Assembly: GCA_030390025.1 (NCBI GenBank)
Contig: CM059433.1
Coordinates: 18,912,001-18,976,000, forward strand
DNA length: 64,000 nt
Direction of reading: 5' to 3'
Source of the DNA: Squalus acanthias
Lineage: Eukaryota
The notes beneath the pieces were generated by a model. That model was not told the origin of the DNA. It was given only the letters and a program-made list of their open reading frames with translations, and did not search any database. The position numbers and the translations under genes were made by a program. Positions 36,225 through 48,449 of this stretch are shown here, in pieces; the first letter of the stretch is position 1, and every line of letters begins with the position of its first letter.

Positions 36225-37920
36225 GTTACATCAATTGTACGGTGCAGAAACAGGCCATTCGGCCCAACTGGTTTATGCTCCACATGAGCCTCCTCCCACC
36301 CCTCTTCATCTAACCCTATCAGCATATCCTCTATTCCTGTCTCCCTCATGTGCTTATCTTGCTTCCCCTTAAATAGCATCTCTGCTATTTTCCTCAATTA
36401 CTTTTTGTGGTAGTGCATTCCACATTCTTATCACTCTTTAGGTGAAGAAGTTTCTCCCGAATTCCCTACTGGATTTCTTGATGATTATCTTATATTTATG
36501 GCCTCTAGTTTTGGACTCTCCCACAAGTGGAAACATTTTCTCTACGTCTACCCTATCAAACCCTTTCATTATCTTAAAGACCTCTATCAGGTCACCCCTC
36601 AGCCTTCTCTTTTCTAGAGAAAAGAGCCTCAGCCTTTCCTGATAAGTATATCCACTCAGTTCTGGTATCAACCTTGTGAATCTTTCTTGCACCTTCTCCA
36701 GTGTCTCTATATCCCTTTTATAATATGGAGACCAGAAGTGTGCACAATACGTCAAGTATGGCTAACCAAGGTTCGATGTTCTATCGCTCTAGAAATGAAC
36801 CCAGTGCTTGGTTTCCTCTTTTTTTTTTTAAATGGCCTTGTTATCCTGCGTCACTATTTTTAATGATTAGTGTACCTGAACTCAGATCACTTTCCTCCTC
36901 TACCCCATTCAGACTCTTCGGGCTGGATTTTGATACTGGGGCGGGTTGGGGTCGTGTCATCCACTTTTCGTGTTATCCACCCGACTGCAATTGGGTGTGG
37001 GAGATTGATGCAATTTTTACCTAATTGGGCAATTGAGTTCCAGCATGTGGGAACCCATGAACCAATCAGTGTTTTCAGTCCGAAAGTCGCCTCTGATGAT
37101 GTCATCATTGCTGCTGCATTTAAGGTCTTCAGAGACTGCCTGGCCTTTGCTGAGAGAGGACCTGGATGCAAAATGAGCAGCAGCAGCCCTAAGTCTGCTC
37201 CCAGATAATTTTACACTCCCAGATATGTCTCCTCCCCATCCATATATGCATGCATGCATGTCAGTCATCCAAATGTGCTCCCACCAGGTTTCACATTCGT
37301 GGTTCAGAACAGGCGTGCTTCACGTAGAAAAAGGGTTAAAATCACAAAGGCCTTTCAAAATGGCATTATAGAGGCAATTTAGTGCTTGTTAAGGGCCTTA
37401 ACAGCCTATCCCGCCTCTTAGAGGCGGGACGGAGTCAGGACCAGCAGACACAATTTAATGAAAATTGCGTGGAGGCGGGCTTGTGCCCGCCTGCCAATTT
37501 TCGCAATTTTAATCCCCCACATGCCTCCAAACCCGCCTCCACGGGTCAATGAAAGTCCAGCCCTTATTATCCAAGCAGTGTGCGGCCTCCTTATTCTTCC
37601 TACCAAAATGCACCAGCTCTCACTGATCTATATTGAAAGTTATTTGCCAATTACACATTCATTCTGCAAGCTTATTAATGTCTTCCTGTATTTGGCACAT
37701 TCTTCCTTTGTATTAACTACACCTCTCAATTTGGTGCCATCCGCAAATTTTGAAATTGTACTTCGGATTCCCAAGTCCAAATCATTATTGTCCATTTTGA
37801 ACAACAGTGATCGCAGCACCGATCCCTGTGGAACATCACTTCCCACCTTTTGCCAGTCTGAGCAGCTACCCTTAACCGCTAAATTACTTTGTAATTGTCG
37901 GTTTTGTGTTTTGTAGCCAG
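36225..37920 (-). mobile_element. CR1 LINE 3' fragment interrupted by a MITE
   Basis: Minus ORFs 37640-37846 (DVPQGSVL, ISKFADGTKL) and 36438-36755 (LFSLEKRRLRGDL). Confidence 0.88.
36920..37563. mobile_element. Harbinger-type MITE
   Basis: TIRs GGGCTGGATTTTGAT / ATGAAAGTCCAGCCC; flanks TTC/TTA (TTA target, one copy mutated); CR1 sequence rejoins across it. Confidence 0.82.
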
Positions 37921-39840
37921 TTGCATACAGGTTTTTAAAAAAATATCAACCACATTTTGCTAACAACACAAAAACACTCCAAGAACAGTGGCTAAAGCAA
38001 GATAAAAACACCTGCATCACAGCTGTGGTAACTCAAGGTCAGCATTGCTCTGTGATTTCTTTTGCATAAGCTGTCATTCCCAGATGTACATCCTCCATAT
38101 AAAACAACAGAACTAAAAACTGGTATTCAGCAGAAGTATTTCCCTTTTAAAAACACACACATGGCCCGAAAATTGGTGGTAACTAGAAAAGTAGGTTTCA
38201 AAGATTAGTTGAAATTACATTTTACTGCCGGCAATAGTTTCAATGAAAAATACTTCAGCAAGCTTGGGGGTGCGGGGGAAGGGTGGGGAGGGGAGGTGGG
38301 TGGTGCAGTCGGTTAGACTCTGGGCTTCCAACTATGGAACTGGATTCAATTCCATCCCAGACTGATGATATGAAAGGCTCCTCTGTCTGCGAGCTGTTAA
38401 ACACAAAATGAGTTTGGGCAGTCTCAATCTAGTTCCTATTGGGCACAAAACATAACATAGGAAATAGGAGCAGGATTAGGCCATGCGGCCCCTCGAGCCT
38501 GCTCCGCCATTCAATGAGATGATGGCTGATCTTCTACCTCATCTCCACTTTTCCGCCCGATCCCCATATCCCTTGATTCACTTAGTGGCCCTAATTGAAA
38601 ATCTCACCTAGTGAGGCTGCAGGATGCTGTTGTGGGAAATGGAAACCGTCACACTGGTGCAGTAGGGAGCAATGATCTGAGGCTGGGGCTGAGGCAGACT
38701 GTTGGGTATCTAGCTATGCTGTGGCTGATCTGGGATCAGTAAACAGAAGGCCTTTTCTTCAAAAAAAAACAATTTTTATACAGCATTAAACAGGTCAACT
38801 TTAAGTTGGCCAATTTATTGAGATGAATGGGGGAATTAACAAGATCAAGGCAAATGGTTTCACAAGTACCTCTTAAGTGCTGATGAATGCAAATAACTTC
38901 CCAATGATGATAAACTTAAGGGGCTCCAAGTTATGCTAGCTACATAACTCTTAAATACTGTGGGGGCAAATGATTAATATCAGCTATGACTCATGCTTCA
39001 TTCTCTGTAAACCACCAGTCCTAATGGGCATTGCAGATATACAACACAGGTTAAACTCAAATTCATATTTTTACTTTCCTTAATTTCCAGAGATCAAGCT
39101 TTGAGAGAGGCTGGGGAGTGGCACATAGTATTGTTTCACTTTCCATAATGTCACTTGCTAGGAGTTTTTAACCAGTCTTATCACAATTTTTTAAATTGCC
39201 TTTGTGGAAATATAAACCACCAGTGTACACCAAACATGCGCTCTAGGAGGTGACTAAAAACAGCAGAAACCTGAATTATTTTTCTCTGAATTGACTACAA
39301 GTTTATCTTTCAAGCAAAAAAGAAAACTCCTTCTGGAACACAGTTGTAAGGTGTACTGCCCAGTGTGGACTGTGCCGCGAAGCCATAAATAACAGGAATG
39401 ACCCAGGCTTAATCCCTGGCTGGTGCCGAGAAAGGTGATCTTAACTCAGCCATCTGTTAGGATTCTTACTGATTTTCAATGCCTTTTGCCCAAGTGTGAA
39501 GAAGTCAGCCAGGAATCCTGCTCATGTGCACTATCCAGTGACATCTGCAGAAAAGTACGTGTGGATGTCAGGTGAAGCCAGGATTTGGCTCGGCTCTGAT
39601 GCAACCCCCCAAAACCAGGTCACATAGCTCACACGTGAAGAGCGCCCGCAGAGGCGAGGTATTAGAGGACAGCTAGCATCAGTAGGAGCGCTCTCCATCA
39701 AAACTCAGGAGAAAACGGGAACAAAACCCCCCACCAAATTAGAAGACCTAAATAGTTACCTAAAAATATCAATTCACTTTATTTTAGATATCCAATTACA
39801 TTTTTTTTTAATATAAGAAACAGAAAGCTCAGGAACTTAC

Positions 39841-39942
39841 TCAAAGAGATCTTCACATTTTGTGGGTCATTTGAAACTTGATAAGCGCCGTATCCTGCCA
39901 GAGATCCAAAAAGCAGTCCCGAGATCAAAGACATCACACTCC
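39841..39942 (-). CDS. TMEM14A: TMEM14A coding exon 2
   Basis: AG/GTAAGT bounded, 102 nt: (G)[33 protein letters not shown]. Confidence 0.95.
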
Positions 39943-40196
39943 CTGGAAATAAAGTACAATTTATTTCCTTTTTTTTCCCCTCAAAAGCCTTTTGGTGCCA
40001 TGCATCCTCTCTCAGTAGTACAACAGACAGCCAAATGCCATTCCATGATACCTTACTGTTCAATTAATTGGAAGTACAGGTGGTCTCTGCTTATTACTCT
40101 TACCCAGTGAAACTAGGATTTCCTTTTGCTCAGTTACACTGGTTCTTTTTAGAGGGGGTGGGATGCAAGCGGAATGAAGATTACGGCATAGCTTAC

Positions 40197-41048
40197 TGTT
40201 AGGGTAAAAATTATAGGGCTTAAAGCAGCAATGTGAAAGTTAAAGAATGTGCTGTAAAAGGTAAATTCGTAAATACAGAATGGTTTCGCTGACACAGTGC
40301 GATGAGTAATGTCTGTGGTCAACACGGTGGCATAGTGGTTAGCACTGTTGCCTCACAGCGCCAGGGACCCGGGTTCGAATCCGGCCTCGGGTGACTGTCT
40401 GTGTGGAGTTTGCACATTCTCCCAGTGTCTGCGTGGGTTTCCTCGGGTGCTCCGGTTTCCTCCCACAGTCCAAAGATGTGCGGGTTAGGTTGATTTGGCT
40501 ATGATAAATTGATCCTTAGTGTTAGGGGGGATTAAATACGTGGGGTTACGGGGATAGGGTGGGTTATGTGTCGGTGCAGGCTCGATGGGCCGAAATGGCC
40601 TCTATCTGCACTGTGGGGATTCTGTGATTCTGTGAACATGCGTACGTGCGAGGTCCGCCAAGGAGGCCCACTAAGACAATAATAGTACAACGGTTACACT
40701 TGAGAACCAATCACCGCATGACCAGCCAGTCCGACCAGACAGAGGTGACTCACGCAACACTCTATGTTTATAGTTTCGGTAGGGAAGTAACAAGAAAATT
40801 TTAGCTTAAAGTGCAGATTATAATTAGGAGCCTGTTGCTGGGGGAATGTGATTGGGTGAAGACATTTGTATGTAATGAATTGCGTATCTGACCCTATAAT
40901 GTATAAAAGAAGTTCCGATACCACTGTAACATCGAGAAGTTGATCACTAGACTGCGGGGTCTATGACTCTTCTCCCAGGGCGCTCTGTTAAATAAACTGT
41001 GATCTTCTGCTTTGAGACAGACTCGAGTGAATTCATTTTTCACCAACA
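40197..41048 (+). mobile_element. Solo LTR with 5-bp TSD
   Basis: TGTT...AACA termini; CTTAC duplicated at 40192-40196 and 41049-41053; TATA-like TATAAAA ~40903 and AATAAA at 40991. Confidence 0.82.
40322..40636 (+). mobile_element. V-SINE (HE1-like), nested in the solo LTR
   Basis: A box TGGCATAGTGG, B box GGTTCGAATCC, V core GTGTGGAGTTTGCACATTCTCCC..GTGGGTTTCC..GTGCTCCGGTTTCCTCCCACAGTCCAAAGA, CR1-type ATTCTGTG tail. Confidence 0.9.
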
Positions 41049-42579
41049 CTTACAAAACAAGAGGAATCAATTTGAAAATGCAAGACAGACAGGATGGTGC
41101 AGTGGGTTAATCGGAATCTTCTACCTCTGGCACATGGGTATGAATCCAGCCCAGACGAACAGAATAAACTTTTTCTTTCCTCCTGGCTTTAAATGATCCT
41201 GAGAAAAATTAAGTTTGAGGAAGTTCAACTTGGTTCTTAGTGGGAATTAGTGCATCATACAAAAGTGTCCATAATGCAGCCGCAAATGACAGCAGACTGA
41301 CAAATCTCTGAGATTGTAACAATGGCTGAAATGGTCAACGGGAAAATTCACACTGGTGCTTTTCGGAGGCAGGATAAAGGTGGGACTGGCACTTTTGCCC
41401 AGTCCAAAATAGCATGGAGCAGAGCAGTTAAAAAACAATTGCTAACAGCTTATGTAAAAAAAAAAGTAAAAGATGTTAATACTGAAGAATGGAAAACTAT
41501 CCATTTCAGGCACCTAATGTCAGCATCAAACACTCCCTGGTCACATATAAAACATGTTCGGAGTAAAGCTCACTACACTCTAACCCCAGAAATGTGTTTC
41601 AGCTACCCACTAATGCACCCCCACTCTCTCGTGCTTGCAAAATCATGCTAAAGACCCTTCTCTGCGACCATCCTTTCACTTCTCTCATCCCTCCATTCCT
41701 TCTCTCCCTCTTGCTTGGTCTCCACCTCCCCCCACCCCTCCCTCCCTTGTAAAGCACCCTGGGCAGTCTCTCTGTATGCACTACAGAAATATTAGTTGGT
41801 AGTTTTAGTTAACAAAACTTACTTTTGTTTTGTTAACAAGAATTTGTTATTACAATTGTTAACAAACACCACACTGCTGAACACAAGTATTTGGTTGTGT
41901 CAAAAGCGAAACTATGCTCCTTAGGGAAGGCAGGAAGATTGCTGCTCACACGTACAAACAGAAGACAAAGTCAGGTAGTTTATTGGACTGGGTAAAGTCT
42001 GCAAAAGAAACTTTTAAATTCTTGTGGATTGACCTAAATCTTTGTTATTTTTAATCAGGATTAGCACTGCCCGTTTCTTACTGTTTTCTTTTGTTTCTGT
42101 GTACATTTATTTCTTGATTATAAATATGACTTATAGTTTTAGCCTGAGCAATATGGTTTGATAGAGAGGTGTTTTTCCACCCGAGAGAATAGAAGTACAT
42201 TGTGGACAACCTGTGTGACATTTTACATGAAATACATGGTAAAAAGGTGAGGATTAGTCATGAGGCATATTACTCATGTTCACAACATGAGTAAGATTAT
42301 AACTTTTGGATAACAGGGGACATGGTCCACTTATGAAAACCGCAATTTCATTATGAACATGAATAAAGTGTGTTGGAAGAAAACAAGAATTGGAAGACAT
42401 CCTAAGTGGACTCTGGTAAAACTTGTGGTATATCTGATTTTCTAGGAAGCCTTTGATAACGTTCTGTCATAATGGGAGATGTCACAAGGATAGATGCTGG
42501 GATTCCTACTGTTTGCATTTATATTAGCGACTTGGATTCAATAACACAATGCAAGTCAATCAAGTTCTCAGATGATATT

Positions 42580-43244
42580 GGGCCGGACATGCGCTGAAAA
42601 CCAGCATTTCCGATCTGTCAAGAATGGTCTTGACAGATCGGACGCCTGCCCTGGAGAAGGGCCTCTGCGGGCGGACAGTTCCGCTTTCTGGAGAACCTCC
42701 GCCCGCAGAAAACCCTTAGAAATCTTACGCCTGGTAAAAGCAGGCGTATGGCCTGCTTTTACCAGGATAAGAGTTGAAAAAAGTAAAAAAAAATGTTTTC
42801 CACTCATTTAAAAATACTTTAAAAAAGGTACGTTTATTTTTAGCCCCGTAAAAAACTTTAATTATTTTTTTCAAAATATTAAATTTGTTTAAAATATTTA
42901 ATTTATTGTAATTTCAACTAATTTTTTTAATATGGTTTTTTTTTAATGTATTTAATGTCTTAAAGTGTTTTTGGGGTGATCTCCATTCATATATTTGACA
43001 GGTCTATCTGTCAAGTGTATGAAGGGAGATTCCCTTCTTTGATTGGCTCCCCATGGCCCACGTGATCCCAGGGACGTTTGCGAACCGCATGCGCCTCTGG
43101 GATACGTGGGCCCTGTGCACTTGGAGTTGGAGAGGCCCAGGATCGGAACTATACACACCTCGGGAGCACTCAGGTAAGTGCGTAGATTTTTTCCAGATCG
43201 GAGGCCTCCGCACGCGGGAAGCCTCCGATCGGAAAATACAGCCC
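42580..43244 (-). mobile_element. Harbinger-type MITE, copy 2, with ATT TSD, inside an old CR1 (42240-43990)
   Basis: GGGCCGGA.../...TACAGCCC ends with ATT on both sides (42577-42579, 43245-43247); homologous to 6350-7044. Confidence 0.82.
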
Positions 43245-44077
43245 ATTAAACCGAGGGCGGACAGGAAATGAGGGCAGTCAAGAGGAGGAAGCAGTTAGAT
43301 TAAAAACTGCAATGAGCAGAACTGTGGCAGGTATGATATAATACAGATAAGTATGAGGTACTGAAAATTGGGAGATAAAATGGGCACATACACCATGAAT
43401 GGTATATAACCAGGTAAATGAGGAGGTTGAAAGAGATCTGGGTGTTAGTTGACCAGCCAGTTAACTTGCTGTGTAGCAACACGCTGAAAGTGGTCAGAAT
43501 GTTGAACTATATTGCTAAATCAGTAGACTATAGGTCAGAGGTTGTCATGCTGAAAGACCGCATCTTGAGTACAATGTCTAGTTCTGGTCACCATGGCAAA
43601 AAAGAACATGCATGTCCTAAAGGTGGTGTAGAAAAGAGCCCAAAGCTAATCTACAGCATCAGTATATTGAGCAGTTAGGGAAGACTAGAGAAACTGGGGT
43701 GCGTTACCCTTGAAGGGAGGTGACTGATGGGAAATCGCAAAGTATTTAAGATATAAGTGGTAGAGATGAAATAAATCCAGAGCACCACTTCAAAATGAGT
43801 CACAACAGTAGGACAAGGGATGGTATGTTCAAACCAGCAAAGGGCATATTCGGGACACAGAAAGAATTTCTTCACATGAACACTAAAAAGATATTGGAGG
43901 CGAAAACCTTACAGTCACTCAAGAATCAGGAGACGGGTGGACTGTAGATACTTCTTTTTGGACAGATGAGCTAGACTGGGCCAATGGCCTTGCTTATCTG
44001 TACTCATCTTTTGAAGTACCGAACATTTGAAGTACCAAACACAAAGAATTGTTAACACTATCCATAAAGTACAGTAC

Positions 44078-44153
44078 CTCTCCGAGTATATCCCAGGATG
44101 CCACCCACTGTCACCATAGCAGCATAGGAATAGCTTATCCAATCGATTGGCAT
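44078..44153 (-). CDS. TMEM14A: TMEM14A first coding exon (exon starts 44162)
   Basis: ATG at 44153: MPIDWISYSYAAMVTVGGILGYTRR(G); GT donor at 44077; acceptor AG at 44164-44163. Joined CDS 76+102+88+40=306 nt, 101 aa. Paralog A supported by adjacency to GSTA. Confidence 0.93.
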
Positions 44154-44659
44154 TCTTAAATTCTGAGGGGGAAGGGGGGGGGGCAGGAGGAGAGAAGAGA
44201 AAGAAAAATCTTAACTTTGATACCAGTTTTTCAAAAAAGAAACACAAACAAAAGATTAATTGCAGCAGAGAAAGACTACATTCTGTTTTTACTTTCTTTT
44301 CTATTTAGGTCTTCCCAAGAGGGCAGCTGGGTGGCCTGTTCCCAGGCCTCTGCCAATGTCACTCACTCAGTCCGTCACTGGAGATGCACAAACATGGCCT
44401 GGGGATAGTTCCCTTCTTTCTCTGTGGGAATGTACCAGGCCTGCTTAATACCTCCTCATCGGTGGCCCAAGAACACGCTGTGTCGGGAATCACAGATAAG
44501 ACACCCGCATTCCACCGTTCTGTGGGACCACATATTCATACTGCTTCAAACCAGCAGCACATAACTGGCAGACTGTACTGAGATTGGGGAGACTGCTCCA
44601 ACTTTCTGTAGTCACATACCAGCTATCCATATGTCAGACAGCATCGTGTTCAGTGGCAC

Positions 44660-44928
44660 CAAGTTTGCCAACTCTGGTTGGATATATTCCTGGAGGTTTA
44701 ATCGCATGACCTTCTGCTTCCAACCATCCCGCCCAATTAAACAGCACTTTTTCGCCATCTCCAATACTTTTATAACTAATAAAAGAAAAAGTGTTCAAAG
44801 AAAATGAAAAAAACAATCTTTTTCCAATTGTTAGAATTCTTCTCCCGAGGCCCTCGCAGCAGTGTCCAGGAGATTCATCTTTATTTCTTTAGAGACTCCA
44901 GGACAATCCTGACGGGTTGGCAACCTTA
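44660..44928. mobile_element. Small MITE-like element with TTGCCAAC inverted ends
   Basis: AAGTTTGCCAACTCT ... ACGGGTTGGCAACCTT; related sequence near 5887-5970. Confidence 0.45.
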
Positions 44929-47559
44929 AGTGGCACTCGATAACTTTTTGTCAAGACCGCTCCCAACCAATATCTTACCCAAGGGTCGCTCTCAAAAATG
45001 CTAGAATGTGCTGCACCAGAGTAGTGTGACATGGGGCTGATCCAGCAATTCCTTATAAAGCGAGTTCCTGATTTCAGGCATGCCACGGTGGTCAGTATTA
45101 TTGGAGGAAAGGCATTTCCCCACAGGAAGAGAAAGTAAAATTATAGCACAAATAGATCTTCTTTATTACAGCCTGTTGCATTTGAGATTTGTTATTATAC
45201 AGAAAGGATTTAGAAAGGAATTACTTTTATTTTTATGTAACGTATCTTTTCAAGTTTTTCCCCCCCAAAAAAGGCCCCTAGACAGAAGGTAGATAATATG
45301 CTAAATAGGAGCTGTTTACCCCAGAAACTAAGTAAGTAATTTGTTAGCTTGTCTGGGTAATTGAAAAACACCCTCTTACCCATCCTGTTGGAAAGTCTTT
45401 TGATCCCGGTCTGTGAACAGCGAGAGATAATAAAGATGGAATCTGGGACACAGGCTGGCAGACAAGCTTTACTGAAATGGAAAGGCTGCGAGGGCAGTCG
45501 AGTTATGTTAAAGGGAAAGCTGTGATGGCTTTCGCTGCAGCAAAGAGGTTTGAAATGCCAGAGGGTAGTTAGTAGCCATTTTGTTTAAGCCAAGTAAGAC
45601 TGGTCAGAGCGAGCGTGGCGTTTGCTTTGTAATTTTAGGCAAAAATAACCTCTATGTATTGAAGTCAGTGAGTTCGGTCATAACAACTGTTTTATTTATT
45701 CAGCTTAAATGAAGCAGTGAAATAAAGCAGTTTAACAATTCATACCTGATCCCATATCAGCAATTGTTTGCTTGGTCTGCCGTGGGAGGGATTCAATCAG
45801 TTCACGTGTGAAAGACACGAATATCCAGCTCAGGTCACAAGACAGTGCTATTGTTACACCTCTGGGTCATGCTATTGCACAAGTATTATACAGGGCAGCA
45901 TGTGTCAAATCTCACAAAACTAAAATGCTCAGACCACTTGCAAAAGCAAATGATGCCACTGTAACCAAGAAGGTATTTATGGCAGTCCAAAATTGTGGCC
46001 CTTTCAATTGCTGAATTGGTACTTGGATAATCCTGCCTCCTGGTAACATTCCCTTGCTTTCTTTTATTAGACAGCAGGATAAAAGGACGGGGAACAGCAC
46101 AGAATCCATGGGTCTGTCTGCATCCCGCAGCTGTGCAGGCTATAAAGGGATGCCCAGAAGGACATGAATCAGGAAGTCTGCTGATTTCTCATTCACTGTG
46201 AGCGGAGGTGAGACTGGCCCAGTCTGCTCTCTCTCATCTTACCGACCTGGCCTATTTTCCAAAGCTGGGTCTCAGAACAGATCAAAGGATGGACAGGAAA
46301 AGAATGGCTGGTCCATCAAGCCTGTCCCAAACAGTCATGACACAACTAAGCATCATGAATCCAGTGTACTCTCCCACTTGTAGTCATGTAATCTCCTGAG
46401 ATAGGCAAAAAACAGATTAAAAACCCGAGGCCAATTCAGGGAGGGGGAGGGGGGAGGGGGGGGAAGAGAGAGATCTGGAAATTTCCTCTCCGAACCCCCA
46501 AGGTGATCAAACAAATTCCAGGAGTTCACAGTGACCATGAGGTACATACCCAACCTCCCACCTACCTTTGGTACACAATGATATAGCCACAGTAAGGAAC
46601 TCGCACAGCTCCTTTTGAACTATTGTGAAGAGGTAACAATCAGAATACATCCATCACACAGCACAGCCTCAAGTACTATTTCCAATCAGCTACACTGTGT
46701 TCAGTTCAAAATTGTTACAAATGAACTCCACAATAAAGTTTAAAGATACAAGGGCCTGCAAAAGCCTTCCCTGCTCTGTTTGCAAAACACACCAATTATT
46801 AAATAACTAAATTTGTGTGGCTAGCATATTAGTTGATGACAATTTGCATTTATACAGCACCTTTGGCGCTTCACAAGGGGATAATTACAATTTTAATCAT
46901 GGTTCTGAGGCTTGCTGCTGAAACATGACATTTCTACATTCAGCCAGCTCCCAGCACTCACCACTTAGAAATAATTCAACTTAAGGGGGTAAGAAAACAA
47001 ATCTGACATGGAGGCGTACTTACCAGGCAATACACAAGAACAGCACTGCTGCTGAAAAGCAGCTGAATTGAGCAGAATTAAAACCAGCAGCGGTTGCAGG
47101 GACGGCAGAAAGAGCTTGCAATCCTGGAGCAACTTCCCTCACACATCACATACATTCACAGAGTGACAACACGAGTTTCATTGCATTCACAAAACATGCC
47201 ATAGCATCAACCTTGGCCAATGTTTGAACCCCCCAAAATAAAATATATACAGTCTCACCCTTAACAGGCAGTAAATGCCCCAGTCAAACAATATATAGTT
47301 CCTTTAAAAATAAAACGTGTATTAAATCTATACTGCTGGAGTGGCTGGATGGTTCTAGCACACAGCCAAGGTCTGGCTGCACAACAGGAGTGAGCCAGCA
47401 GACAGGAAATGCATTTCTGTCTGTCTGTCTCTACCACCACCACCACACAACACACCCCTCTCTCCCTCCCATTGCAATGGTTGCCTAATGTGTACTTAAA
47501 CTTGAAAACGTCCCCCCTCTCACTAGAGAAACAAACCTTGGATTGATCGATCTCTCTCT

Positions 47560-47780
47560 CTCTGTGCTGAGGAAGTTCCTGCTGATTCCGACCTCCGACC
47601 CGCCGCCGCTCCTCCCGCGTCCGCCGCCTCTCCCGGAAAATAACCCGAGCCTCGCGCCCCCTCGCCAACTTCCAGCAACACCACCGCTTTCATTAAATAG
47701 CTTTAAAAAAATTACATCAATATTTCCAAACGTCAGCGCATATTCCTCGCCATATTGGCAACCAATTAATTATTTCTAAA
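47560..47780 (-). promoter_or_regulatory. GC/CpG-rich putative TMEM14A promoter / non-coding first exon region
   Basis: Non-repeat CpG cluster about 3.4 kb upstream of the first coding exon, which has a splice acceptor and so needs an upstream exon. Candidate minus-strand donors at 47023 (GTAAGT) and ~47258 (GTGAGA). Confidence 0.55.
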
Positions 47781-47929
47781 GAGATTTGTTTTTTGCAGCC
47801 TATGGTGTTTATTTTGGTTTTACTTCCACTTCGCTTAATTTTGTAGTTATTACTATTTATTCCCTGTCTAATTTAATTTGGGTTTTTTAAATTATACGAA
47901 CGCGTTTTTTCCCCTCCCTTTAACATAGA

Positions 47930-47942
47930 CCACCAGAGGGCA
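47930..47942 (+). promoter_or_regulatory. CTCF-like motif
   Basis: CCACCAGAGGGCA matches the CTCF core consensus CCASYAGRKGGCR. Confidence 0.45.
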
Positions 47943-47955
47943 ATGAGCCTGTGTA

Positions 47956-48148
47956 CTCGTTTTGGTGCGATCAATAAACAAATAAACTGTAACTTTAACA
48001 AAAATACATTAAATGAAACTTAACAAATTAAATTAAAATTTGGTTTCCGGTGGTGCCCACCGGTCGCGACGGCCTCAAACATGCCGACGGACACCGCGTG
48101 CTCCATCTCCGTGGCCACCGAAGAGAGGCAGGCATTTGGGCCGAACAA
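47956..48148 (-). mobile_element. 5'-truncated Tx1/L1-like 3' end with 15-bp TSD
   Basis: CAATGAGCCTGTGTA at 47941-47955 and 48149-48163; minus peptide CLS..EMEHAVSVGMFEAV(RDRWAP) resembles the Tx1 ORF2 C-terminus; T-rich 3' UTR. Confidence 0.7.
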
Positions 48149-48449
48149 CAATGAGCCTGTGTAAGGTTCAGGCTGAGGGAGAGGAGGAGCAGACACCTTT
48201 ACCACTCAGCCTGGGAGGGAATGGGATGGGGTAAGAGGGGATGGGAGTGGGAAGGGAGGTAGGGGGCTCAGCACACTGGGGCAGCAACGAACAACCTTCC
48301 CTGAAGCCAATGAATTGGGTGCCAGGGAAGTCTGTGTGACAATCTGTGACGCAGTCAACCTTTCCAGTTATTTTCATCAGAATCACTTTTTTTCCCTTTT
48401 GTTAATAAACTAATGGATCACACCTGACTTGGCATTGCTCCTGATCAAT

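Noticed and set aside
39779..40063. 94-aa ORF as a single-exon gene
   Set aside because: Only 39841-39942 is TMEM14A exon; the rest is intron read-through.
47261..47779. Overlapping ORFs in the GC-rich region
   Set aside because: Low-complexity peptides with no recognisable homology; better explained as promoter/5' UTR.
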